A stretch of DNA of 64,000 bases from the human T2T-CHM13v2.0 reference genome, Homo sapiens. The position numbers were made by a program, and so were the translations under genes. The stretch lies in NCBI RefSeq assembly GCF_009914755.1, contig NC_060935.1. The stretch is one strand, 5' to 3'. Shown piece after piece: positions 1-13,836 of this stretch (positions within the stretch are counted from its first letter, which is position 1; every line of letters starts with the position of its first letter). Below the pieces are notes generated by a model. The model had not been told where the DNA came from. It did no database searches and saw only the letters and a program-made list of their open reading frames with translations.

Positions 1-1161
1 AAATGTTAAGGAAGGCCGAAGCCTTGGTCTTTATTACATGTCAGTTTCATTGCCCTATAGAGTCCCATCCAGAGCAATTTTAATCAATTAATGTCATTTC
101 TATCACATTTCTGAAAAAAATACATCAAGTAAGAGGAAAAAATGTCCATAATGATTGTAGTAGCAAAACTCAGCAAATGGAACCAACTCTGAAACAGCAA
201 GGGCAATACCTGCTAAGCCAGATCAGGAGGTAAAGAAGGTAAGAGACAGCTGGAGCCTTATAAAGCTGAGGAGAGAAAGAAGAGAGGGTAGCTAATTTTA
301 AGAGAGGAGTGAGAAGAAAACATTGGGAAGTATTACTATTTGCTAGACTAGAGTTTTTGCTAGATTATTTTTATATTCAAATATTTCTGCTTTCCAAATC
401 AGTTCATTTCACTTGTTTAAACTTGAAAATATATATTTGTGTATAGAGCTCTGTGGCATAATTTATGAACAGGAAATAGTAAAATAGCAAAATTACTTTG
501 AGAATAAGAGGTAGAGTTGGCAAAGCCCTAATCAGTTGAAAACATAATAAACCTCCCATTAGCCATATTTATAATTAAAAAGGGACTAATGCATTTTCCC
601 CAAGTACAGTACCTTATGTAGAAAGTTTACTCAAATATTTTTAATTAAATTGATTTTGTAAAGAAAGCTTCAGATTTTACTACTAACAAGTATTAAAATT
701 CAGCATCATCTAAGGATGCTTTTCTTAGATGATGTCTTAAATTCTTTATATACATCATTACAATTCTTTATATACATCAACAACCCGATTATGCCAAATT
801 GTTCTCTGGTCCCTGTTCCAAAGTTCTTATAATTACTTGAAACCATAACGTCATCTCACCTGCTCTTTCTTCCAAATCTGAAGCCCCCACCTCTGATTCC
901 AGTCTAGTGGCTAGAATCCTGTTATCTATGGACTGACTTCCGACCCTGTGAAGTCTGCTTTTCTGTTCTTTGCTGGGGCAGATCATTTGTTCTGCTGTCA
1001 GAGTTATCCTATTTCCAAATCCCTATCCCACAAAGAGTTCTGAGTCTACCCAGTATTTTCTCTAACCGTGAATAAACAGTTGCATGATTTCTGAGATGAA
1101 CAATAGATAGGTGAAGTGAAGTGAATAGTGCCAACATCAAGGGATAGCTGTAAGATTTAGT

Positions 1162-1446
1162 GGCTGGATGCAGTGGCTCATGCCTGTAATCCCAGCCCTT
1201 TGGTAGCACAAGGTGGGAGGATCACTTGAGGCCAGGCATTTGAGATCAGCCTGGGCAACATAGGAAGACCCTATCTCTACAAGAAAATAAAAATAGTTAT
1301 CCAGGCATGGTGGCACATGACTGACTATAGTCCTAGCTACTCAGGAGGGTCACTTAAGCCTAGTAGTTTTAATCTGGGGGAAGCTATGATCACACCACTG
1401 CACTCCAGGCTGAGTGACACAGTGAGACCCCGTCTTGGGGAAAAAG
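1162..1446 (+). mobile_element. Old Alu (AluJ-like)
   Basis: Diverged dimeric Alu (GGCTGGATGCAGTGGCTCATGCCTGTAATCCCAGC...GGAGGATCACTTGAGGCCAGG); AGATTTAGT on both sides (1153-1161, 1454-1462) as likely TSD. Confidence 0.9.
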
Positions 1447-2619
1447 TACAAGGAGATTTAGTGCCTTTTAAAATTTTCACAACTTCTCCAAATTTTAGTG
1501 AAAGTCTCCTCTTGTCTGGCAAAGATAACTCCAAGATAAGCTTCCTGCACTTCCCATTGAAACCATATTGTTTGTTTGTTTTTTAACCTCTAAGTTCCTC
1601 CTATGTCAAAATTTCGGAGTTTCTATTACAGCCACCCTCATTTATGTTCCTTCCAAATCTCAGTTCTTAGAGCACTCATATTTCAGACACACTTGAGGAC
1701 ATAAAGCCATATTACAAGACAATATTATGTTATGGTCCTATTTTACTTACCATTTAATTACATAGAAAAACAGAAATAAGTTTATTCTAGCGCTTTCTCT
1801 GCCTCAGTGCCCCACGTCTGCTTGCCAAGACTTTTATCTACACACCGCTGATTCCTTGATCTATCTTCTGAGTTTTGCTCTCATGGGACACCAATCCCTC
1901 CAGCTCTGCCACCCTCTGTAAACAAATGATTTCCTTGAAACAGTTCCTGAAAATTCCCAGAGGAGACCCTGGGTCAGGATCAGATCACAGCTTTTACTGA
2001 CTGGTTCCCACAAGGCATTGCTATGGTCAGACTGGGATGGACTAAAAGTTTTGAACTAAACACATCAAAGAGAGTCTACTTAGAGATTAGGAAAAGCAGT
2101 TGAGGCTACCAAGAAATCACTTAACCCTAGATGAATCGATATATTATTTTAGGTTTATGTTTCTTTGCTGCTGCTTCTTTTTTCTTACAATCAACGAGGT
2201 GTTTTCCCTTTTTTATGAATAAAATATAATTTACACATGGTAAGATGGATAAACACAAAGTGTATAGCTAAATGGATTTTTATCCACTTACGCAAACAAG
2301 TAACATTAAAAAAGAGGAGTGCTAAAAACTCAAAATCTGAATATGCTTTTTTCTTTTTTATTTTAGTTCTGTTACTTGCTTTGTTGTGTCTTTTGAAACT
2401 TTCCTACTACATGCAAATACATTAAGATGGCTATTTCTTCTTGATGAACTGACCTTTCATCATTGCAAAATGTCTCTTTTTCCCCGGTAGTATGTCTTAC
2501 TTTAAAGTCCATTTTTGCTAGTAATAGTATGGCCACACTGACCATATATATTCATATGCATAATGTATCTTTTTATATCCCTTTACTCATGACCTATCCT
2601 TATATTTAAAGTATATGTA

Positions 2620-2655
2620 TACACACACACACACACAGACACACACACACACACA
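2620..2655. repeat. (CA)n microsatellite
   Basis: CA run with one interruption. Confidence 0.95.
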
Positions 2656-2661
2656 TGCTGA

Positions 2662-2958
<297 letters not shown>

Positions 2959-4330
2959 TATATTTTTAATCCATTGTGACAAGTGCTATTTTGTAATTGG
3001 GGTCATACTATTATATCAAAACATTTATTTTTATGACTATCTTTGTCTTACTTATTTTCTCCATCTTTTTCTTTTCTTTGTTATAGCTTTCTCACTTATT
3101 TTGAAACTGTGAATCAAATAAAATCAAGTATGTTTCAGTATTCTACTTCATTTCCTCAACTGGCTTCTTAGCTATACTTGTTTGTATTTTTTTTTTCAAA
3201 ACAGAGTTGATCCTTAGAGTACGAATCCTTAACTTATTAAGATAGTCTACCATAAACAAATATTATATTGTACCATATGTAATGCAGAAGCTTTTAATAA
3301 TGTGCTTCCATTTAACTCATATTTATCCTGTATGTAATTATTAAGTACATGTTTCTACCTGTGTTGCAAACCTCTCTATATGTTGTAATTCTTAAATGGT
3401 AAATAATTTTCCAGCAATTAAGTAAATAAAAATAAATAGAAATAATAAATAAAAATTAAATAATAAATATTATATATTATATATAAATAATAAATTTAAA
3501 AAGTTTCTATTTTCTCATATATTCACCCCTTTGTCATTTTTTATTCTTTTCTGTTCATTCCAGTTTCCTCCTTGTATTATTTTATGTTGCCTAAAACTTT
3601 CCTTTAGCATTTATTGTGTGAAGGTCTTATGGCTATGGATTTTCTTAGGCTTTGTCTCTCTGCAAACATATATATTTTACTGTCCTTTTGAAAAATAGTT
3701 TTGAGAAATTTTGAATTCCAGGTTGACAATTTTTTTCTTAGTACTTTCAAAAGATAATTCTATTGTTTTAAGTATGACATTGTTTTTCATGAGACATTGG
3801 CTGTCATTCTAACCATTATTTCTCTACTTGTATATCTTTTTCCCCTCTTATTTTATTATTTCTCTCTTTTTCTTTGGTTTTCAGGATTTGACTATAATGT
3901 GTCTATGTGTTAATTTCTTTGTGTTTATCCTGTTTGGGGTTGTTTGCTGTGGCTCTCTTCTCAAACATAAAGGGCTCATTCCTCTGAGTTTCAGTTTAAG
4001 TCTTTCTTGTACCTACTATTCTTTTACTGTCCTGCAGAAAATTGTTCTTTTCAGGACTTTCTCATTGTTTCTATGGGGATTAATGTATTTAATATCTTTC
4101 CACGTTCTAATGAGGAATGTTGAATCTCTGGGTTATAGTAACAAAAATAATGTTAAAAGAATATTTTTATTGTTAGCATTATTTATCTTCCTCAAAAGTG
4201 TCCATAGGTATGTTTTTTAATATATAGGGGACATTTACTTACCTCCTCCATATGAAGAAATCCAAACCTATCTATTCCAGGAGTCACTGGATCTACTCTT
4301 TAAATTAGAGTTTATTAGAAATTTAAGAAA

Positions 4331-4397
<67 letters not shown>
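4331..4397. repeat. Compound (TC)n(TG)n microsatellite
   Basis: Directly visible. Confidence 0.97.
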
Positions 4398-4398
<1 letters not shown>

Positions 4399-4719
4399 CT
4401 TTCAAGAAAAACAACTGTAAGAATGTGAAGGAAGCTTTATTAGTTAGAAAGATAATTTGACAGTCAAGGCAGTAGCAATTGAGGCCTCTGTCAGTGCTAC
4501 AGAAAAATCTGGAACTGGAACAACCCTTCAGGATTATCCTAAATTGAAGCAAAGTCTCTGTACCCTTGCATTAACCAGTAACTGAATGTGGCCTGCTCAC
4601 CAACAAGGGTTATAAACTGGATGAGGCAAGTTCATTTTGATTAGAATAATTCCAGGAAAGGACTTATCTGTATTCCCATAGCAGCCCCAAATTCAGGAAT
4701 CTGGGAGCTGATGTCTTAG

Positions 4720-7700
4720 TTCCGAAGAAAGGCTGACAGAGAAATTCACTGCATAATTTATTGCAGTCTACTCTTGTATTACTCAAATTCAACTGCTTCA
4801 TTTGGGAATAGCTCTTCTCATGTTTGTGTTGTCTATTTGCCCAAGAAGAAGACACGATCATGAAAAGTTTATGAACGAACTACAACATACATCACTTAAG
4901 CTGTTCTTGAAACCTCAACTGATCTTATCATCTGCCATCTCTATAATCCATTCTAAATTCTTCTTTAGTAAAGACTACAACATTTATTGCATAGGTTTCT
5001 TTCATGGTAGAGCAACCAGATCCTTTTTTCAAAGGGTAAAAATGTCTCTATAGAATGACCTTTTCAGGCTAAGGCTATTTCACTTGCTAATTTATCATCA
5101 AAATTTGCCAGGATGGTACCAAGAGACAACCAGTCAGCTATCTGGGTACTGAACATATTCTTCCATTCCTTCATTGTTTATTAGAAGCCCTATCTTTTCC
5201 TGATGATCAAGGATTAATTAATTACCCCATCAGGCTAATGACCTCTTTCCTTGCCAGCTTGTTTTTGAGCTTAGAGAAGATCAAAGTTATTAGGCAAGAG
5301 CTTAACATAAATTTTATTTATTTTATTTTTAAATTAATTAAAAGATCCTCACAATGTCTCCCACTCTGAAAATGAGGACCTTTAGCTCAACAGAACATAA
5401 ATTGCAGAAATAGGAAACACAAATTTTCCAAGTAGGTCACCAAAAATGATGGTAAGTGGGACTACTCTTAATTTCAGCTCTTTTGTTCCCAAATATATTT
5501 ATTCTAATCATTGCAGTCAAAGCTATGTATAATGATTGTTGGTGTGTTGTACATGATGCATCTGGGGTATGTTGTCTCATCCTCACTAATGTCGTCTCTA
5601 AGGTAGAGACTCAACTCTACCTGTTCTATTTCTGTACCAGATTGGAAGCTTTTGAGTGGTGTAGCCCATGATACAAGCATGGTTGTGTGTCTACTGTTGC
5701 AAGTATTCTAAAATGTGTCCCTTTTCATGAAGTGATATAACATAATGTCCTATGCTGGTGGATCAAACCCTTTGTAAGCCCTGAGATACTAGGTTTGGCT
5801 ATGACTCTTCAAGAAAATAAAACAAACCTACACCCATCATATGTGTCAATTTCTATCAAGTTCATTTGCTGCCTTTTGTGGGGTAGAATAATCTTCCATT
5901 AAGTGGCCATTTTCTACTCAAGAAGTGATGCTACATTGGGCAGTTAACATTGTTTTCTATCATTGCCAGGTTAATATTTAGTAGAAAGAGAAGTTTTATC
6001 AGCCTTGTTGAGTGGGAAACTATGCTTTGTGTTTATGCAGTTTTCATCCTGCCACTATAGCTACTTCAATTAGGAGCCAATTATGCCACCACTGAGGTTG
6101 CTTATATCAGAATCTAGCTGATATAAATTGTCAGGTCCACTCAGTGTTCTTTATAGCTTAGGTTCTTTTCCATTATGTATAGACTATGATGAACATTGAT
6201 CTTTTATATAAAGATCTTCAAACTTTGTTCTAACTTCTAGAACCATCCACATGCCACTTCATCCCTCTGCCTCTTTGTCACTAGTATTCCAGTCTTTCTC
6301 CTTCCAACAGCCTGGTCAATTAGCCAAGTTACCCACCATTAACAATAAGTTGAATTTTTGTGTATTCTTACATAGAACCACCTCTTTTTTATACAAAGAG
6401 GATGAGTGAGTCCATCAGCTGATTTGTCCGTGGGATGTATTTCTCCTAAGTACTATCTTTCAAAGTCACTCCTTAATGGATCAGTAACACATCTACAGTT
6501 CATTTTTGGCATACCAACTTTACTCATTTATGAACTAACTTGGCCTTCATCCCCCACCAGCTGGTCATAAGGGATCATCCACGTAGCTACAAGTGTAAGC
6601 TTAGGGAAAGTGCACCACATTGCAATAGTAGTGCACTAACATCAGTGGACTTCGCATCACCTCTTTGTGCTTTTTTTTTTTTTTTTTTTTTTTGAGACGG
6701 AGTCTCACTCTGTCGCCCAGTCTGGAGTGCAGTGGCGTGATCTCCGCTCACTGCAAGCTCTGCCCGCCGGGGTTCATGCCATTCTCCTGCCTCAGCCTCC
6801 TGAGTAGCTGAGACTACAGGTGCCTGCCACCACACCTGGCTAATTTTTTTGTATTTTTAGTAGAGACGGGGTTTCACAGTGTTTGCCGGGATGGTCTCAA
6901 TCTCCTGACCTTGTGATCCGCCTGCCTCGGCCTCCCAAAGTGCTGGGATTACAGGTGTGAGCCACCATGCCCGGCCCCCTCTTTGTGCTCTTTCAGTTGT
7001 GCTTGATGGTCTTACTTGTGTCTTAGCATGGGCATACGTCTTTCTGTTATGTGAGTAGAATTAGCACTCAAAGTGTGGCATATGCTGCCTCCGGGGTTTC
7101 AGGAGGTCACTACATGTGGTACTTTCTTCTTGGTGGTAAAAGATAAAAAATGCTTTAGTTTGTCTATTAACTGAGAGAGGCTGTCGCAATTTTTCCTATA
7201 CCACAGGATCCCTAAAAACTTCTCTAATGTTTAAGATTCCTACTTTTTTGTATGGGTGTTTATCTCTATCCTTTCCCACCTAAAGAGCACTGTGTTTTGA
7301 CAAGAATGCCAATATACTTGCATTTCATGCTCGTCTACCTGATTAATATATTGTCATTGATATAGTGGGTCAATAAAATATTATGCAAAATATCCAAAGA
7401 AAATAAGTATTTTCAAATTATAGATTTATTATAGAAGATGGAAGAGAATATATTTGCCACATAAATACTACATACTTGATAATCGAATCCAGGTTAATCT
7501 TAATCTTCCCTGGTAAAAACACTGCACCTGACATAAAACTTTAAACTGATGTTTCTACTTGGTTGAGATTGGAGTCCACAGTAGTCCTCCATGACCCTTT
7601 TCGTTACACACACAAAAGTAGCCAGTAAGAGAATCCAGTTTACAGAGAATGCTCTATTTATAAATAAATCTTGTGAGTTACCTTTCCTCTGGGTACTATT

Positions 7701-7830
7701 ACAGTTCACTTCAGATGAAAATTTTAACAATAACTTGCTACAGCATGTCAGGGACCATCAACATTTCATCTGCAACCAGTGATGTGGTTCCTATTGTGAT
7801 GCAGACAGTGATGAATCCAACTCTAGAATT
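4720..7830 (-). mobile_element. Degenerate ERVL-class endogenous retrovirus internal (pol) region
   Basis: Minus-strand remnants of ERVL pol motifs: SWRTTVD (~7575-7595, cf. GSWRMTVDY), HYIND (~7353-7367, cf. YIDD), PYDQL (~6560-6575); no intact ORF; boundaries approximate. Confidence 0.7.
6672..6976 (-). mobile_element. AluY inserted in the ERVL relic
   Basis: Full antisense Alu with AluY-type CTGCAAGCTC / GGGTTCATGCCATTCTCC; TSD CCTCTTTGTGCT at 6660-6671 and 6978-6989. Confidence 0.95.
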
Positions 7831-7859
7831 TCTTATTGGCAATCTGTTTTCTAGAATCT

Positions 7860-8160
7860 TTTCTCACTTACAAGTAAGAACACAGTATCTGGTTTTCTGT
7901 TGCTGTGTTAATTTGCTCAGGATAATGGCTTCCAGATGCATCCATGTTGCTCCAGAGGACACGATTTTGTTCTTTTTTTGTGGCTGTGTAGTATTCCCTG
8001 GTGTACATGTATCACATTTTCTTTATCCAACCTTCTGTTGGCACCTGGGTTGGTTTCATGTCTTTGCTATTGTTTGACACACTTTTTAGTTGTGTTGTTT
8101 GTTTTCTTATTGAGTTTCAAGAATTCTTGTGTCTTTTGCAAATATTTTCTTCCAATTAGC
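7860..8160 (-). mobile_element. L1 3' region fragments
   Basis: Antisense L1 signatures TGGCTGTGTAGTATTCC, ACATTTTCTTTATCCA, GGTTGGTTTCATGTCTTTGCTATTGT. Confidence 0.75.
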
Positions 8161-9149
8161 AACTTATAATAAAATGTTAAGTCCCAAGATAATAAGGTGG
8201 GTATCAAATGCATCTGCTAGAATAGCCCAATGACATTTAATAAGTCTATTTGCTTCAGATAACTTAACATGGAGAATATGTAATCTCATTTATCTTATGG
8301 GAGTTGATCGTCTTCTCCAGACATGGGAACTAGCAATGAGTGGGCTTATCCCTGCTCATTGTTTTAAATTTCTATTCATTTCTTATTCACAGATATATGT
8401 ATTTTGTATTTGAGCCATGTTGTGTCTTTTATATTATTATTCCATTAAATTGTATTAATTAAAATTATTTTATTATTAATGTAAGGCTTTCCATTATTTT
8501 AACCAAAGTTTTTCTTTTTAACTTAGAAATATGCTTTAAGAAATACTTAAAACAGTTATATATATATCCTTATTTTATACATTTTTACTTAAATTGTCTT
8601 CACATTTTTATATTGTTTCATAGCCTTAAATAATTATTATTTAATTTAAACCATGATGGAACTGACATATAAAATAGAAATATGTGAATAAAACGCAGGA
8701 TACTCCTCGGACGGTTCTAGTGAATGCAATATAATGTGGAAGGCATGTAGTTTTGAGACACTGCTTTAAAAATCTAACAGAGTACGACAGGCTATGTCTA
8801 TTTCAATGTTAATATTTTGCCAAAAATGGATCATACAAATAAGTGGAATGACTGGTAAACCATTTTATAGTTTGTAAAGTGCTTTTCTAAATATTTGATA
8901 CTTATAGATTACTATCTCCATTTTGTGGATGATTAAGCTAAGATGAAGAACGTTTAAGTGGTTTGACTTAGAATTGGACATAAAGTGTTTTGATTATAGA
9001 TAACATGTTATTTTAACTGTATTTTCCAACCTCTACAAATCCCATGTGTCAAGCTTCTTCAACTTCAAATGTTTACCTTTCAGATGAGTAGTCTCCCTGT
9101 AGTTTGTCTCACAATTTGCCTCTAGTTTCTGTTAAGGTACAATGAATAC

Positions 9150-9414
9150 AAAGTAATGTACCAGCCCCAGGCCTAACCCTTTCTGTGTAAGCTTGATTAC
9201 TCTCAAGGGTCTAGTCACCTGAGGAAAAGAGAAGTAGGTACCTCTAGATAAAGTGGAAGTGAAAGTGGAGAATTCTTGTTTTTATCCTTCAGGAACTTAC
9301 TGAGCATCTGGTTCTGGTAAGGTTAAGGAGCTATAAATCCTTTTGGAAACCTAAATCTAAGGTTTGTTAAACTGCTTATATCTGAATACATGTCTATGGG
9401 GAGGAAGAGTAAGT
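9150..9414 (+). promoter_or_regulatory. Candidate OR51A7 promoter / non-coding first exon
   Basis: O/E(EBF)-like motifs (TCTCAAGGG, CACCTGAGGA), TATAAA at ~9332, donor GA|GTAAGT at 9409-9414; acceptor TTTCAG ending 12866 just before the ATG. Inference only. Confidence 0.35.
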
Positions 9415-9649
9415 GGTTTCAGTGTGTGTGCATACATGAAGAGTGAATATATTATGCCCTGACGGTTAAACAAGAAGGTTAAATATCGGGGTGTTTTTCT
9501 AATGCCCTAATATCAGTAGAGATTTATTTACTTAATAATATGACAAATAAAAGCAAGCCTTATTGTCAATTAAAAAATATAAATTACTCTTGTCCAATCT
9601 AGGACTTGATGTCTGGAAGGAAAATGGCTAAGGAAGTTTTATTGAAGTA

Positions 9650-9860
9650 GTTATTCATCTCTGCTATTTACTGATTATCTTCATTGTGTTAGAGACTATC
9701 AGACAGCCTAACATAACTCTGAGGTAGATACCATTGTTTACCACATTTCACAGAAGAGCAAACAACTGCTTAAGCAGCTTTCCCAGATTCACACAGGGTA
9801 AATTGCCATGCTGAGATTTAAACCAAGGTGTTTGTGCGTTAGCTTGAGAACTGATTTTTG
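9650..9860 (+). mobile_element. MIR
   Basis: MIR core-like TGAGGTAGATACCATTGTTTACCACATTTCACAGAAGAGCAAAC...GAGATTTAAACCAAGG. Confidence 0.6.
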
Positions 9861-12325
9861 CCTTAAAGAATAGCAATTCTAAGTGGTATGGGAAATATTT
9901 TACCTGAGGACTGCCTTCCTTGAAACATTCTCTTCTTTTGGCATCTACTATATTCCACCTCTCTGTATATTCTACCTCCATATATTCCACCTCTCTGAAT
10001 ATTCCTTTGCAAGATCCTCTCAACAATCTTACTGCTCCTCAGGGTTCTATGAGTTTTAAATTTTGTATTATGTACATTTTTACTGTATGATTTCATTCAC
10101 TCTTTGGTTTCAGATACCACCTATCATGTCAGTACTTCTGAATAAACAGCCTTGATGAGCTATCTCTTCTGAAGTTCATCCACATCCAAATGCATGCTCT
10201 GTGTAAGAATGACTTTACCACTTAAAATATGAGTGAAAAGAATGGACATCAATATCCCTTAGTTGTTGCCAGAGAAAAAAAGGGAGAAAGTGCTAAGAAA
10301 TGATTCTACATATTTTATATTTCTTCCATTCACATTTATTCTTTACATATTTGCAGAGAGCCTTTTATATTCCACGTGTCATGTTGATGACAGATACATG
10401 GGGATAAATAAAACCTTTTTATACCTTTTAACATGGAGTAGTCAATGTGCATGGTAGTAATGGAGTTTGGTAGGGTAGGTTTACATGAAAGTAGTACGTT
10501 ATAAAACACTGCAGAATCTTCCACAATAAAAAATGCACTAGAGATGCATTCCCTGAAAGACCTGAGTCAATATCCCTCAGCAAAAGACGAAAATAAAAAG
10601 GAATAAGAGTTAAGTGCATTCAGAGGTGAGAACTTATTTTATGACTACTGAGATGGGATCAGAATTGAATTTGCTAAGAAAACACAGTCCAGCAAATAAC
10701 AGGAGAATGCTTTTAATGACATCTCACAATCTGCTACCGTCTCCACATTATACTTACCCTGGGTTTTGCATTAGGTTCACTACCATGGTGGGAGATTAAT
10801 GAGTCATGCTCAAACTGTTCAAGGCCCTTTTCCATGTAGAAGATGCAGAGCTATTCACAAGTTGCCAAAATGTCTCTTAGTACCTAGCAAAAGTAAAATA
10901 TATTGGCCCAAGGCTGCTTGTTATTTACTATGTACTTTTTTCAATTATCCTCTAAAAAATCACAAAATACAATATGAATTCACAGTTAAGCTTCCATATA
11001 AAGGAGCTCAATCAATTTCCAGTGTCCCCTGTGTTTTCCACTGAAGGTTGATGACTTTTTTCTCTTGCAAGTTGAAGTTTAAAAAATTCTGGAGTGAGGA
11101 TAGCTTGTCTTCTTCTCTCTAGCCTTCCATTGGCTCTACCTTCATCTTTTGTATTTTTGTTATTTTTAATTAAAATTATTAATTTCATAATTTTAATTTA
11201 TGCATTTACTAAGGAAGCTTATTAAATATAGGCGGAATTTATAATGATTGTCTTAGAGATTTGTGTTTCTCTGACAGTTTTACCAATTTTTACCTGTTTA
11301 CCTTGAAGGCCAAAAACTTGATGATAAGTTGCAAGATTGCATATTTTACTTCTGAAAGTAAACTTGTATGCTTTTTAAAAGAGACTCTAAAATAAAATCA
11401 GGTTCTGTTTATTATGTAGGCAAAATTTTAATGCTTCATTTCCAACAGAAATTGGGTGGTTTGGATTTTTTTCATTTAGCATTTATTTGACTAAATATGC
11501 ATTTATTTGACTAATTTCTCTGACTAATTAAATACAGAGATATGAGATTAAATAATCCAATCAAGATGGATAAGATTAACATGAACACAATACTACTGTA
11601 GAGCTTCAAATGGTTTCTTGAAATAAAATGGTAGCCTGAAGTGTGAACCATAAGTGTTTAAGCGAGGAGGTGCCACATTTAATACATGAATATGTACGTG
11701 AAGAAATAAGAATACGTAACTCCAAAGTACTTATCCACTGCTCCATTTCTCCAACATGTTCTATTGGAAACTACTGTGTAATCAATGCTAATATTTACAG
11801 ATACTTGTTTGTGGTTTATGAACCTAGATCTCTGTTTGGAACTTCATAAATAACTATAAATATCAAAACCTACCAAGATTGTATTCATTTTACAGATTTA
11901 AAATAACGCCCAAATAAGTTAAATAATTTAAAATCAAATGAAAGGGCAAATGTGTTTGAACAGAAATCGTTGTTTATTTTTATATAACACTTGATGTAAC
12001 ATGTATATTTACTCATGTATAAAATGTGCATAAGTACCTACCTCATAAGTATAAGAGGTAAATTAGTCTATAAATGTATTTACTTTATAGCATCTAATGA
12101 CTTAATGTTTTCCAAATATTCGCAGTGATCTCTGATTATTTTCTTAGACTATTTCTTTCAAACTTTCTACATAAAGCTCAGAGATTTTATTTTAAAGCCA
12201 ACGTGGGTACTGCTGAAGACTGTATGGAAAAATGAGTGGAAAAGATTCTAAGCATCTTTTTACTGATTCAAAGCAGCTCCATTTTGATATGTTTTATATA
12301 TTTTGCTAAACATCTTAAAAAGTAG

Positions 12326-12662
<337 letters not shown>

Positions 12663-12897
12663 TCACCAACTTAGGACAAGTTGTTAGAAGTGAATTTACC
12701 ATGCTGGAGAATATGAACTTGTTTAAGGACTTCTGGTAAATTTTGAAGAGTGCGGTTGATTAGCAGCCAAATATGCCTTTGAGTATAGTATACGAATGAA
12801 CCCCTTATCCTCACAAAACTGAGTTTTAACCAAAAGCATGACTGCTTTTCATTTATATGGTTTCAGATCCGGCTAACGAGCTCATATCTCCCTCATT

Positions 12898-13836
12898 ATG
12901 TCTGTTCTCAATAACTCCGAAGTCAAGCTTTTCCTTCTGATTGGGATCCCAGGACTGGAACATGCCCACATTTGGTTCTCCATCCCCATTTGCCTCATGT
13001 ACCTGCTTGCCATCATGGGCAACTGCACCATTCTCTTTATTATAAAGACAGAGCCCTCGCTTCATGAGCCCATGTATTATTTCCTTGCCATGTTGGCTGT
13101 CTCTGACATGGGCCTGTCCCTCTCCTCCCTTCCTACCACGTTGAGGGTCTTCTTGTTCAATGCCATGGGAATTTCACCTAATGCCTGCTTTGCTCAAGAA
13201 TTCTTCATTCATGGATTCACTGTCATGGAATCCTCAGTACTTCTAATTATGTCTTTGGACCGCTTTCTTGCCATTCACAATCCCTTAAGATACAGTTCTA
13301 TCCTCACTAGCAACAGGGTTGCTAAAATGGGACTTATTTTAGCCATTAGGAGCATTCTCTTAGTGATTCCATTTCCCTTCACCTTAAGGAGATTAAAATA
13401 TTGTCAAAAGAATCTTCTTTCTCACTCATACTGTCTTCATCAGGATACCATGAAGCTGGCCTGCTCTGACAACAAGACCAATGTCATCTATGGCTTCTTC
13501 ATTGCTCTCTGTACTATGCTGGACTTGGCACTGATTGTTTTGTCTTATGTGCTGATCTTGAAGACTATACTCAGCATTGCATCTTTGGCAGAGAGGCTTA
13601 AGGCCCTAAATACCTGTGTCTCCCACATCTGTGCTGTGCTCACCTTCTATGTGCCCATCATCACCCTGGCTGCCATGCATCACTTTGCCAAGCACAAAAG
13701 CCCTCTTGTTGTGATCCTTATTGCAGATATGTTCTTGTTGGTGCCGCCCCTTATGAACCCCATTGTGTACTGTGTAAAGACTCGACAAATCTGGGAGAAG
13801 ATCTTGGGGAAGTTGCTTAATGTATGTGGGAGATAA
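12898..13836 (+). CDS. OR51A7: Olfactory receptor 51A7 (class I OR, 312 aa)
   Basis: Intact intronless 7TM ORF with LHEPMY, MSLDRFLAIHNPLRY, HSYCLHQD, KALNTCVSH, PPLMNPIVY; termini MSVLNNSEVK...NVCGR recognised. Confidence 0.95.
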   Translation: MSVLNNSEVKLFLLIGIPGLEHAHIWFSIPICLMYLLAIMGNCTILFIIKTEPSLHEPMYYFLAMLAVSDMGLSLSSLPTTLRVFLFNAMGISPNACFAQEFFIHGFTVMESSVLLIMSLDRFLAIHNPLRYSSILTSNRVAKMGLILAIRSILLVIPFPFTLRRLKYCQKNLLSHSYCLHQDTMKLACSDNKTNVIYGFFIALCTMLDLALIVLSYVLILKTILSIASLAERLKALNTCVSHICAVLTFYVPIITLAAMHHFAKHKSPLVVILIADMFLLVPPLMNPIVYCVKTRQIWEKILGKLLNVCGR

